A DNA stretch of 64,000 nucleotides from Takakia lepidozioides. Lineage: Eukaryota; Plantae; Bryophyta. Location of the stretch: NCBI GenBank assembly GCA_030704615.1, contig CM060734.1, positions 35,960,001 to 36,024,000 of the forward strand. The letters run 5' to 3'. The notes under the pieces are model-generated. The model saw only the letters and a program-made list of their open reading frames with translations. It searched no databases and was not told where the DNA came from. Positions 13,552-26,400 of this stretch are shown here, piece after piece (positions within the stretch are counted from its first letter, which is position 1; the number at the start of each line of letters is the position of its first letter). A program made the translations under genes and the position numbers.

Positions 13552-16500
13552 CACTAGAAGAAAAACGCGGAATAACCACTCTGTTAACCACTCATTTTGA
13601 GTGGTAAAAGACACTAAACCACTCTGGCCCCAGAGTGATGAAGAACCAGTGCATTAGGACAAGTGAGTGGTAAAAGACATTACGTGGCACCGGTGGTTAA
13701 GGACAGTGGTTCGAACCACTCACGTCCGGGTCCACCTGTTAGCTGACGTGTCACTGAGGTAAACCAACCACTTATGACGTGTCACAGTGGTAAACTGACG
13801 TGTCATAGTGGTAAAGTAACCACTTCCGTTTTGTAGTGGAGACGTGTAAGCCGGTGGTCCATGGATGATATTGGAGATTATGTCGACACGTGGCGACACT
13901 CTCAGCATGGACACGTGTCGTGTGTCAGTGCTACGAAATGGATGGAGTGAAAAATTCAATGACTTCCGAAACCACTTGTTGAGTGACCACAAAATGACTC
14001 ATAGAGTCATTCTATGAAAACTGAGAATGTACAATATCACTCACAGAGTGGTTATGTGAGTGGATGACGTCTCTCAGCAGGTCATTGGAATGATTACCCA
14101 CAGAGTGGTGTGTAAGCTATTTGAGTCATTCATGGTGTCTCTCTGAGTGGGAACTATGGATTGGAGTCATTACTAACAGAGTGGTGTGTAAGTGATTAGG
14201 AATACCACTAGAGGAATTCATACCACTAGTATAGTAATATATATGTGACTACTTATACCACTATACAAGTGGTAATGTAAGCAATTGTGTGCATTTGGCT
14301 ACTCCCACAGTTTTAAATTATACCATTATTACAGTGATGTGCAAGTGATTATGAACATGACTAGAGGAACACATACCACTAGTGTAGTGTTTAAAGAAGT
14401 ACCATTGGGGATTCAAGCTCCACAAAATAGAATAGAATCCCAGAGAGTTAAGTGCTGGAACACTGTCAACAAAATCTAGCCATGATAAAAGCACTAAGCC
14501 TAACTTCTACACGGCGTCTCCGCATGCATGCTAGGAACACTGAACTGCTTTCATGCCTTCTTCTCACTGCCAGCAATGTCTATGCCCGGACGAACGAAAT
14601 CTAAGCCCTCTTCATGTTCTTCTCTGGCCAAAGACAATTCAGACCAATGACATCCTCCAACATTGTTTGCGGTGGGACCTCTTCCTCGTTAGGGTGAAGC
14701 AAGACACAATTGACAATATAGATATCACTCACCTCAACCCGCCACAATCCCTCAAGTATAACACGACAATGATATGTATCTTTGCCAGGCACACCAGTGA
14801 CAATTCCACTGGCAGCCCTGTGTCGTGGTAAATGAGGATCATACAGGCTGATTTTGTCCTTCAACTTAAACTGCACATAACACCCACCATAAAACTCACA
14901 TTAATCAACCCATGAACACATACATGTACATTGAAAACTAGATAACGAGGACTGCCCAATATAAGCAATCACTGAAAGTGTAGAGTACTTTTGGTAGCAT
15001 AAGAATATCTGCCACTGTAGCAGGGGGTTGATATTTGGGGGTTGCCTTTGAAGGCACCGCAGTTGGTGCACTGTCGGTGGCAGTATCAAGAGCGGCTTTC
15101 CCAACCTGCAAACATCACGCCCAACACCCTTAGCAGTTTCATTTAGCAATGTATCTATTAATAGTTTGAAGTATCCAACATGTAAATGGCCACATTGTAC
15201 AGAACTGATAGCCAACAGGTGCATGCATGCTCACCTCTAGTACAGAAACTGCTGCATGGAGAGGTGCTTCCTGAAGGCCCACCTGACTCTTACTCCCGCT
15301 AGAACTTGGTGTTATGTCACCATTTGCATCAGTCAAGGACTTTGTGCCTTTGGTAGCAGTGGCTCTGGTTACACGCTCTCCTTTTCGCATGTACTTCTTC
15401 TCAGCTCCCTTCACGATGGCTGGGGCAGGGTCCTCTGCTTTAGTCCCCTTCTACATGCCAACAAAACAACAAGGTATAGGACATGAGTATGTCTTACCAT
15501 ACCTGATGCATAGAATTCATGGCACACACCAATAAAAAGGGGGCCTGCCCACTGCCCACCAGCGGCGTTGCATGGAGGGTTCCAAGTTTGGGCACCTCCT
15601 TGTACAGGTCCCAAGTTTGGGCACCTCCTCCAGGTAGGTGCTCCTTGTTGCAGCCACGTTTGCCCACCTCTAGATTGCACCCATGGGCCATTTGGGCCTT
15701 GTTGCATCCATGTCGTAGGTGGACCAGTAGCATTCGCCATAGCCTCAGTCCCCCCTTCCTTTGCGCGCTTTGATGCAGCCTAACACAAGCCCCTCCACCC
15801 CACAAAGTTAGCAATGATGGAAAATAAGGTCAACCGGGCAACGAGCAAGGTCGGCAGTTCGTGAACGCATACAAACCTTGGCCCAACGTGCCAAGAAAAG
15901 TTTGGCATCCAATGGCGTGAATGCATGGAATGTCATGCTCTGGCGCCCTAGCAATGTCCCACATCCATTCAGTATTAAAACCCTAACACATGTTCTAACC
16001 CTTTGAAATTTAATCCAGCAGCCAAGCCATACATAGTCCAACTCGTAAGCCATTCATCTTTCTAACAAAGTTTCCAGGTCATTCACATTTAGGAAAGAAC
16101 CAAGGTTTGATATATGATTACACATCCCACTCACGCTGTAATCGGAGGTCCCAATCATCCCGGGAGAACTCGTATGATGCAAATAGCTCGCTTTGTAAAC
16201 TCATCACAAAAGCAGATTGCAGGTCTGGAGATAAATCTCCGGAACCAGGCTCAAAGCATATCAAGTTCGAAATGAAACAATCAACCACTCATGCCTTAAG
16301 TTCACAAGCCAATCATAGTAGTAATAGGCTTGGTTATATAAACCAATCACCATCTCAGTCACTGTAAGCATATACATTTCATGAGCCATTCTCCAGCCTC
16401 TCCCTCACTCTCAGTCCAGCCCCACACACTCCCTTCTCCATCAGTTCATCACTCCAAAGATCATTCCTCCGCCATACACCCCAGCCTCTTACTCACTTAG

Positions 16501-18314
16501 ATTTACCCTAAAACCTTGCTCGGTTCTGCCTCTACCTCTGCTTTACACAAAACCCTACCCTAAACCCTACATGTCATGAAAATGCTCAATTGCTTCCACA
16601 ATTTGAGAGGAACTAAGGGTGAGATTGTATTCATAAGACGTTGTTTGCCGTAGCCTTGTGGCCATTGACCCCGCGCCCAGTTTGAGCGGGAACAAAAGGA
16701 ACAGAACCTACCTCTGTCAGGGGCTGACGTTGGTAGTAAGACTTACCTTCATATAAAGACCACATGTCCTCCTTCCAACTAAGTTCAGCAGATGTTCAAC
16801 AATCCTTTCACCATCTCTTCACACAAGACATCCCCTACTTTAATGATTGTACCGCTGGCATGAGCAACATCTAAAGGCAGTACACCAGCAACACTTCACC
16901 AGCAGAGACACCCATTCCATAGCACTCGAGCACTTTCATGACCTCCTACTGTAATTCAGAATGCTGTTCCTTCTCCCATGAGTATCAAACCCCGCGATCG
17001 CGGTTGTCCCACCATTGTGCATGCCTTCCAATTCTAGGTCTTGAGTCTCTGTCTGCCCCCTATTCCACCAGCTTTGCTCGTCATTGTACATTGAGAAAAA
17101 GCCACACCTTGCGATCGTGGTTGTCCCACCATCGTGCACACCTTCATGCCCCGATTCTAGGTCTTGATTCCATGTCTGTCCCTATCCCACCAGCTCCGCT
17201 CGTCGTCTCTCATGATCAGACTCGACACTATAAGAAAACAAACATAGCTCTGTCATGTTTGTCTTTCACGATCAAACTCGACACAAAGAAAACAAACAGA
17301 TGCCACAATGGCAGGGAAGACAAAAAAAACGCGAAGTCCCCTCACTCATGATTGGATGGATGAATGTAGCGATAGATGGATGGATTTTGGGTTTTCCATC
17401 AACACACAAACCGCTAAAGTTTTTCACCACAGAAGTAATACCAATCACTGGTGTGTATGTAATCACTAACGCGTAACCACTGTCCGAGTGGTTCCAACCA
17501 CTAGCAGAGTGGTTCCAGTTACTAAATGGTCTGTAACCACTCACTCTACACCACTCTCAAAGTGGTACCAATCAATGGGGGTCTTTAACCACTCCAGATC
17601 TACGTATACTGTCCCCGTCCACGTGGAATAATATAGTTCATATTAAATATAGTTTGAAATGATAAATCTTAAATAAAAATTGAATTATTACACGTGGAGT
17701 AGCAAGTGGTTTCAATCACCTCCCATCACTCAGGTGTCTTCAACCACTCACAACCCACCCCAAAAGTAGTACCAATCACTCACGTGTATGTAACCACTCA
17801 CAAGTGCCCACTTGAAGAGTGGTTCCAGTTACAAAAGGGTCTTAACCACTCACATTCCACCACTGTGCAAGTGGTACCAATCACTGGGGGGTCTTTAACC
17901 ACTCCAGATCTACGTATATTATCCTCGTTCACGTGGAATAATATATTTTGAAATGATAAAAATCTTAAAAAAAAAATTTATTACACGTGGAGTAGAAAGT
18001 GGTTTCAACCACTTCCCATCACTGAGGTGTCTTTAACCACTCATAATTTATCACTGTACCTGTCCATGTCGGATATTATCATTATTAATATAAATATTTG
18101 ACCAAATGTCGAATAGTAAATATAAAATTAAATATTACACGTGGATTACTCAGTGGTTGAAACCACTTCCAACCACTCCATATGATGCCATGGTGGCATT
18201 TCATCGGAATTAACCACTGACTAGTGGTTACCATTACTTGGAGTGATTTATAGAGTGATAAAAGACAAGAGTGGTTAAGGGGGCCAGTGGTTATTCCACA
18301 TTTTTCTTCTAGTG
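13552..18314. mobile_element. Complete non-autonomous CACTA element (4763 bp)
   Basis: TIRs CACTAGAAGAAAAACGCGGAATAACCACT and AGTGGTTATTCCACATTTTTCTTCTAGTG. 3-bp TSD TGG at 13549-13551 and 18315-18317. Dense AACCACT/AGTGGT subterminal repeats at both ends. Confidence 0.95.
14601..14870 (-). pseudogene. Terminal exon of a TnpA-like gene (Tnp1/DUF8039-like domain) inside the nested CACTA
   Basis: cag|FKLKDKISLYDP..AASGIVTG..YH...GLWRVEVSDI..VLLHPNEE..TMLEDVIGLNCLWP. It starts with the same cag|TTTAAG splice as the 20267 exon. Confidence 0.65.
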
Positions 18315-18409
18315 TGGGGAGGATGGGACAGATGCTACGGCATTTCAATTGGTTGTGCATCCCATTGGGGCTGATATGTTGAAGCCAGGTGAGCGTTTAC
18401 AGTCTCCCC

Positions 18410-19560
18410 CACCTCGCAAGCACTTGCTAGTTTTGGATGTGAATGGATTGCTCTGTGAATCCATTCATGTTGCTAGTGGTCCAACAACTATTCCCAAAGG
18501 ATTTGTGGGGAAGTTGTGTGGGATGAAAATGGTAGTTTTGAGACCCAGCTGTATTTCTTTTTTGCAAAAGCGTTTTGCACACTTTGAGGTGGCAATGGGA
18601 GAAAGAACAAGGGGGTGGTTGATCCCAAGGACCCGTACCATGTAGTGGAGCATCCCACGAGGGTCATTCGCCCTACCAGGTTGGAGATGGCCAACGTCGG
18701 GTTCCTTGCCATGATGGAGTCCAAGAAATCTGATTACAAGGGCGAGCCATCACCAGTGTGGGAGAGGATTGTGGAGTTCCTCGGCACGGTGCGTGTTGTC
18801 TTTTGCTTCTTGTCTGTTGTGGGCATGGATCGTTTTAATCCTCTTGAGCATTCCATTGTATTCTTGTTTGCAGGCTAAAATGACCAAATCCTGGGTGAAC
18901 GGGAAGGAGAAGCCATATGCAGCCGAACTCATTGGACATCCCTGATGGGTTGCCAGTCCCGGATGTCCCTCCATCGGGTGCTTGTCCAGGTTGGAATGCT
19001 TTTGATGAGCGCTACTGGTGGTGGGTTTTCTCCTTTTGCAATTTCTTTCTGTTCGATGCAGGTGTTTTGGTGCTCATCCAGTCCATCGACCTTCGCTGTC
19101 GCCGTGCACTTGCCAGCTATTTGAAAGCCTCCGGTATGAGGGTCTTGCTGCAAAGCTCGCAATTTCATTCCGATGGTGGACTTTATTTTCAAATGGCACA
19201 CTAATCTTATTTTCCAGTGGGATGCCTTTTACTGTGAAGAGGTTACTGACCCATTGGCTAGGGGGGCCTGATGCAAAGCCCATATATTTGAAGAACCTAT
19301 CAAGAGTGTGGGCAGAGTGGCCAGAATGGGGTCCTGAAGACACTCTTCTTGTTGATGACACACCAAGAAAGGCATCAAACAATCCTCCATTTAGTGGGAT
19401 ATATCAGGAGGCATGGAAAATGCGATCATCAGGGCCAAAAGAGGGCTATCTACTCGATGTGTTATGGCCGTTCTTGGAGAGGGCAAGCAAGACTCCTAGT
19501 ATTCCATAGTTTCTGAAGTCTGAGCCTCTCTTTGGACAACAGCCCTACAATTCTGCTCAG
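18410..19560 (+). other. FCP1-homology (NIF/HAD-superfamily phosphatase-like) domain, split by ~670 bp of unrelated sequence
   Basis: RKHLLVLDVNGLL..VLRPSCISFLQKRFAHFEVA (18410-18595). KPIYLKNLSRVW..WGPEDTLLVDDTPRKASNNPPFSGIY..P*FLKSEPLFGQ (19275-19545). These are the motifs of the plant/fungal 'uncharacterised FCP1-homology domain' family. Confidence 0.8.
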
Positions 19561-22500
19561 TGTAATCGTCAGAAGGTACAACAATGTATGTAAGTCTGGT
19601 CCAGTACATTTGGAATTCTTGGGTTGCTTGTGAATTGCATGAGCAATGGGTTTCTCTTGAGTGAGCTATGTAACTAGTGTATTTCAGGTTGTAATGCCAC
19701 TGAAGAAATTGTAATGGTTGTGATATATGGACCTATGATGAAGCGGCTCCATGTTGTCAACAAGTCAGCAGAGGAGCTGGAAAGTAGCCCTCTCAAGCAG
19801 TTCTCACAGCCGCCTGAAAGTCAGCTTGGTGTAGGTCCATGACCTTCTTTTCCAATTTTGTTTATGTGGCCACTGGAGTGTAGACTACCGTCCTTCACAT
19901 TTGCTGTATCCTTGTGGTCATAGACTCCGCATCCAGTGGGAGACCATTGTGAGGGATTTACTTCAGTTTATTGCCAAGGGTAGGTACAGAAAGTACTCAT
20001 AAGACCTTGTGTTCGGCATAGCCTTTTGGGTAGGTAGGTAGAGAGAACGAAATTGAAATGTGTGTGTGTGTGTATGTATGTTGTTTGCTGCAACTTGTTG
20101 GCTGTAGCCTTCCTGCCTACCCTTCCTCCCTCCCCTCCCTCCATCCATCCCTATTAATAGTTGCAGCCCCCCTCCCGGTGCTTAAGTACTATAATGCTTG
20201 GACCTCCGTAGTAGCGTGCATGGTATTTTCACTCATTGTTTTTGCTGGTGGATGATGGGATGACAGTTTAAGGTGGGAGACCAAGTTCGGCTCCTTAACG
20301 TGATGTCCAAACGGACAAAGGTTGGATCGGGGATTATATGTTCTCTGCAAGGCTGTAAGATAAGTGAGGGCTACCTTGATGTGCCAGCTGAGTATGCGGC
20401 TATATACATCAAAGAGGCATACATCACTAACGCTCCTTTACCATATCTCAACGATGTTAAGAAACATACTATGTTGGGGGATGAGGAAGCACCACACTTT
20501 GGAGTTTGAAGCTACCGAGACATGAGGTTTAGGAAGTTATACTGCTTTGTTTGTCAATAAAGCCCTTACTTCTAGCAGTATCTGTTGAATCTAGTTTTTT
20601 CCAGGTAAGTGTTTAGCGACATTGTGATTGAACAATGAAGCATATTTTGTGAATTTATATACAAAAACTGGTTCGAACACCACATGAATGTGTGTGCTGT
20701 GATTGTGATGTTGCTGTTTCTATGGATGGCATGTTTGATTGTAGTTGTCTATATGATACTAGTGCTTTTGTCAATCTATGCAACAGGGTTGGTGGTAGAA
20801 TCTTTCTTTGTCACACTTTGCAACTGCCGGCAGGGTTGGGGGTCCACTCTTTGGTCATTGGAAGATTAATGCAGGCTCTCCCATGTGAAGGGCCAATCGC
20901 TGCTCTAGGAAAGCCCACTTTCAAGCTATTTTTCCCGAATTTCCAGCTACCCAAAGTACTCATTGCTCAATATACATATTACATATTTGAAAATAGATCG
21001 AGAAGACAATTCTTTTATGTCATCGTCATGGAGCCCACCCTCAAATGGGGCAGGCGAAGTGTTTTGATCTTCTTCTAAATCAAACTTAGAAGTCATTCAT
21101 ATCTATATATATATATATGTCACCTATAAAACAAAGTTAAACTAATGGGGATAGTCTACTTGAAGATAACTCAAATTATAAAGCTTATTCCCAGATAATT
21201 CCAAATAAAGTTTTCATCATGGCCTCTGTCCCCTGTCAAAAAAAAGAAAACAAAAAGCTTAAAATCAATGGTTGATCATGTTGAAATCCAAATTTTTTGA
21301 CTCAACATATTATACTCTTCCCACTTTGCAAACGTACATCGAGCAGGGCCTTGTCCCCTTTCTGGAAAAAAAAAAAAAAAAAAAAAAAACAAAACAAAAC
21401 AAAAAAACGTACAATCCCAGGAAGATAGGTTTGATGAAAAAAAATTCAAACTCAATATGCAGAATAAATTAGTGAAAATTTGGGAACACGTGCTGAAATT
21501 TTTAATTTTCTTAAAATTGGTTCTTCACATTGACATTCCTTCTGTCCATTTGGTTATCCTGCACAGGACTCTGTGCATCCAAGCTTTATGGTGGCCTTTT
21601 GGCATGTAAGAGTTTCATTTTTCCCTTCAATAAGTCTTAATAAATCTCACAAGCTTCCTCCCCTTCTATTTTAAAAAGTCCAGTTAAGATCACACACACA
21701 CACAAAGTTGTCTGATATATTAACAAATGCCATACGAAATTTTAACCCAACCTGCAATTTTATTTTTCTTTTCTTTTGGTCCGCAGGGGACCTGCAAGGT
21801 CCATTCTGGAAGGAAACACAACAGCCATCAACAACACTGTAATGCAAGAACATAGGTAGCAGGCTCTATAGGCCCCCCAATAACCAGCCTACTGCAATAG
21901 AAAAGTATTCCATTGGCTTAGCTTAGCTTAGCTTTCCTTAGCCTTCCCACTAGGGTACTTTTGTTTATAAAATATCTTCTAATCTTGCTACAAAATTTGA
22001 ATTTCTTGAGCAACTAGTTTAGTTACATAGAAGTGGCTTACACAGATGCTTCATGCCGAACACTGTAAAATCATTTCAAGTGGAGTTCCAGAGTGGGCCC
22101 AGCTGATGGCTATTATAAGCTATTTTTCCTTGTCTTTTTATAAGAATTACAGGGCTTCCTCCCGTTACTTGAAGAAGTAAAAGAAACAGCCATGGATACC
22201 AACAGGTTTCTTAGGATCAGGCGGACATTAATCCAGCTCAGTGTGGCGCTCATGTAAAATCATGACATCTCATTCAGACTTTAGTGCAACCCAAGAGCGC
22301 TTCAAATAACATAAACGAGCGCTTTACTTTGACAATTAAATGACTCAGAGCGCGCCATGACCTTGAACTGTTGTGGAAGCACGTCCAGAGAAGCTGCTAT
22401 GAAGACATAGCAGAGCATCAACGTTCACAATTGGCATTGTCGCTCATGCTCTCACTTGTCTCCTCCACCATGTCTCAGGACGCCAAGCTCCTAATGCAAT

Positions 22501-25500
22501 GGCGTTAAGTAGGATTAATATAGCAGCATTCGGGTTTCATCTTAATGGCCTTAATAACGGGAACTCCCTTGTGACGTGCCACACTGTGGCTTTTATTAGT
22601 CCCATGGGAGCGCAATGCTAAATAGAAAAACCTTATTACTCACCCCTTTGGCCCCCATATCTAGCTATTAACTAGTCCTCCCTCCATTACTTAGGACTTG
22701 TCAGTGCTAACACAGTTGATCATCCTGCAGTTCACCTGATCGACTATTCTCGAGTTTGCTCATTGAATAGGTCACAGTTTCACACCCTCCCAGTCCGGCC
22801 CAGTGTCAAAGAATTACTTACTAGAAGAGGCAAACATAACGCTAAGCAACAGAAACACTGCACAGATTTCAAGTCATATTAACTCAGTGGCTGAAAACTG
22901 AATGGTTTGCCATAGATGACATTCACTCCCCTCATCTAATGCAAACAGGGTGACATGAATGATTTTATTGCCGTGGGTGCAATGACACTCTCAAACCCAC
23001 AATTCAGGGTCCCCCACAAAGCAATGAATCAATGTATTTCAATGCCATACTTGAAGGCATTCAAGCTTTCAGCCCACAATTCAAGGTAGCCCACAGTCCT
23101 GATATGAATGAGTGAACGATTTTCAATGCCCCACTTGGAGGCACTGAATTCATCCCCTCAAATTCATGCAAGCTACCTCCACAAACTTAGATATGAAGCA
23201 ACTTGGAAGGAGTGAACCTTCGTTGTTGAGGGCAATGACTCACCCAAATCCATTACTCTACAGGCTTGGTGTGAATGAAAAAGTTATGAATGTGAATGCC
23301 AAGAGTTGGTATCACTCACTCCCATACACTGCGAATGTACAAAGATATAACTACATGCGAGGGTGGCAATGACTCCCTCAAATTATACATACAACATGGA
23401 GCGGCCCTCAATGAGTCCTGATAAATACTTTGAATTTAAGGAGGCCCCGTATTAAATTTCTCCACTGCTGCTTTATACTTTACTAGTTATACTTTATACC
23501 TCCCTTTTTTGCTACTAAACCGGCAGCCTGCTATAGTCTCATTATCACCATAGTAGAGTTAATGGTTTTGAGGTGATACCACCGATTTTACCGTCTACAA
23601 GGGGGCAATATTAATTAACCCTCATCCAATCTTTAAGCCAAAGAGGTTCATCCATCTCTTTCACCTCGACATGGATGAATGCGAATGGATGATGAAAGGG
23701 ACCCGAAGCCGTGGGTCCCCGGTGCCCGGGCGGGCCCGCCCCCCGTGCACATGTCAACGTGAAGGTTTGACCCGACTAAACGGGGGGTTGACTTTGTGTG
23801 GTGTGATCGTCTGTCCACCCGTTTTAGAAAACCTTCGACTGAAGGACTCCGTCGACGGCTGCGTAGTGCGGCTTGATGGGATGGAAGAAGAAGATGGAGA
23901 CGATGGATGGTTCTTGTTGTGTTGTATGCTGGTCGACCTGCAGTAGTGCTCCCTGTTTTGCTCTCAGATTCGCAGACGCGAATCTCTCCTCTGCAAGAGC
24001 TCGTTTTCTTTTCCTTCAGATCCTTTGGTAATTATAGGTAACATGAGTTTCAGGCTCGTCTGATTTTAGAGGTTGTGCTCAGTGATAGTGACGTAGAAGG
24101 CTAGGGTTGTATTTTTTAATTTATTTTTTGAAGGGAACCTGAGCGACTGCTACAGGCCATAGAGGGGGAAAGGTTGTCTTATAAACAGGCAGCTGCGTTT
24201 GTAAAAGCTACTAGACCAGAATTTGAGAAAGTCAATTATAGCGGTAAGTAGTTGGGAACAATTACTAATCACTTAATCACAAAGCCAATTTAGTCTTCTG
24301 GGGATTTAACACCGCACCGATCCAACAGCCAAAGAAATGTCGCGGGGCTTTGGAGACTGAAATGGCCGAAAGAGTTTCATTAAAGATTGCCTCCGAAGGC
24401 ATTGAGTTGAGTAGGCTGGTTTGGTGGCCTTATGTAGGTCTCCTCATAAGTTCATTAGATTATTTCGTGTTTTCATCTTGCTCATGAGTCATGGCAGTCT
24501 TCAATATACTTGCTGCTGGACCGTCTTGCATGCGTATCGTGGCCGCCGCCTTCACTAATACATGTGCCCCGAGTTACTATCTATTATTAAAAAAAGGTGG
24601 TGCAATCAACGGAGAGAGGATTGGAGCTTGTGAGCCTAAAGTGGCTGCAGCGCGACTCTCGCTTGGGAGTAAAAGCGAAATCCAAAAATATCGAGTTAAA
24701 CTGCACCTCAATTCCCATGTCAATCTACCAATCATCTAGTGAGATAAAATGTACCCAAAGTACCTACACGGAATTCTTGTGTGGTAGGTGCCTGTGATAA
24801 ATCATTGAGTGAACAAACTACCCTGAAAGGCTTTGATGATGCACACTTTTCTGAATGCCATTGACTATAACAGTTGCATACGTAAAGCCTGGAGTCCAAG
24901 GTGCTTGGAGTTGACCAGTGTGAAGGGCACAATTCAGTTGCTGGCATGTGAAGAACAAGCAACATGGAAGAAGATGAGCTCTAGGGCAGTGAGGGTCAAC
25001 AGGAGAGTGTACATACTCGAGTCGCCTCGTCTCCAAAGCTGGCGATATTCCAGGACTCGGTAACCATCGTGACGGCCAAGCCTCGTGCCAGGTTTAGCCA
25101 GGCTCGGAACATGGGCAGTAACGTCTAGACTCGCAAATCCACATTCCAGTTCCCACATATTCTGATCGGTTGTTTTTGGAAGGGATCTTTTTGCTGAATA
25201 GTTCATGGGTCCCTGCCTCAGGGTCCCGCGTGGACTTTTGCAACTAAGCCTCATTCTTTATGCAACGGCTGGGTCCAGCTGGAAGCATAGGGACCAATGT
25301 GGCACCTTACCCTCACATTTTTGTATGATCATGGGCTGTTTCCATCTCGCAGGAACATTCCCTAGGCTGGGTAATACCTGCAACTTGTAGCTCATGAAGG
25401 TCGAATTTGGGATCACGCACTTGCCCCAATGTCTGCAGTCTGTCAGAAGCTCAAAATTTCCGTTGCTCAATCAAGCTTCCAACGCCGACAGACAGGAAGG

Positions 25501-25909
25501 CTCTTCCAAGTGCACGTAGGCAGCGCAGTGAAGGCAGCAAGAATAATAAAGAAACGAGGCCGGCTGTGCACGTACTGGAATAAAGCACGCCCCGTACCCA
25601 ACCTGCTACCGACCACCTATCGTCTCTGTGTGCGCGCTCCAGGCAGAGCTGCCACGACTTGCCCCCTCCCTCTCTGTCTGTCTCTCTGTCTCTCTCGCTT
25701 CTCTCTCTTTCACTGTCTGTCTCTCTCCTCACGCTTGCGTGCCTTCGCTCGTACGTGTCCTGCTTCCATGTATTTTGCACCGAGTTCCATATTACGTGGC
25801 ATCAGAATTGTCGTGTAGCATATAAAATATTAAAACTATGCCCATTAATTAGACAACTACACATATATATATGACAGCGCACAAGACGGAATTGGGTTCC
25901 AGTATCACA

Positions 25910-26400
25910 ATTTTTTATTTTTTATTTTTTATTTGAGGAAAAATACCTATTTATTGATAAAGATATTAAAAATTAAAACCCCCAGGCAATACCTACACAG
26001 CGAAACAGTTGAAAAGAGCCAAGAGGAAAAAATAAGCTCTTGGTTGTGAGGCCACCTCTGAGTGACAAATTTTCGAGACCCACTCTACATTTCCGACTTG
26101 CTACATCACCTACTTACACGACAGTCTGTTTTAATTTTATCGCTCACATTTGTTTCCTCCGTACTCTTACCTTTAGATCGCTTAGGTGACGGTATCCAAC
26201 AATTTACACTGTCAACTTTGAAGCTTTCCCAAAGTATCGATGAAATTGACGGTTTCCGATGCCTCGAAATTCCTCGGTCGTCCGCTTCCGTCTGTGCTCG
26301 CAACCATTTGTGAATTATTAGGAATATCCCCGTTCTTCTCGAGAACAAAAATGGAAAAGTGTAAAAATAAAGCTGTGCAAGGCAGGTCTCCGAAAAGACA
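25910..26400 (-). mobile_element. Probable 3' fragment of an L1-type LINE
   Basis: Minus strand ends in AATAAA...AAATAAAAAATAAAAA, preceded by a decayed coding-like segment (IFVLEKNGDIP, similar to the IW.ERN.IF motif). Confidence 0.35.

Larger units (their letters stand above)
9831..20509 (+). pseudogene. Multi-exon CACTA TnpA-like gene (Ptta/En-Spm domain + coiled coil + FCP1-like phosphatase domain + C-terminal Tnp1/DUF8039-like domain), disrupted by insertions
   Basis: Exon 9831-9943 (LTEYEKLREANI) joins 10289-10565 by a phase-2 GT..AG intron. Further exons: 11246-12150 (RHDLHKEW..EHWKSLTSYW..NHTKTGRGG; frameshift ~11350), ~12418-12500 (ERETGCPPT), 13094-13551 continuing in frame at 18318 after removing the nested CACTA, FCP1 motifs 18410-19560, and last exon ~20267-20509 (FKVGDQVRLL..VGSGII..NAPLPY). 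Confidence 0.7.

Noticed and set aside
13560-14400. Regularly spaced short repeats resembling a CRISPR or other array (also 17400-18314)
   Set aside because: These are CACTA subterminal repeats in both orientations with no constant repeat-spacer period, in a eukaryotic context.
24740-25063. Possible F-box/LRR pseudogene (CLELTSVK..LESPRLQ)
   Set aside because: Too short and degenerate to assign without a search.
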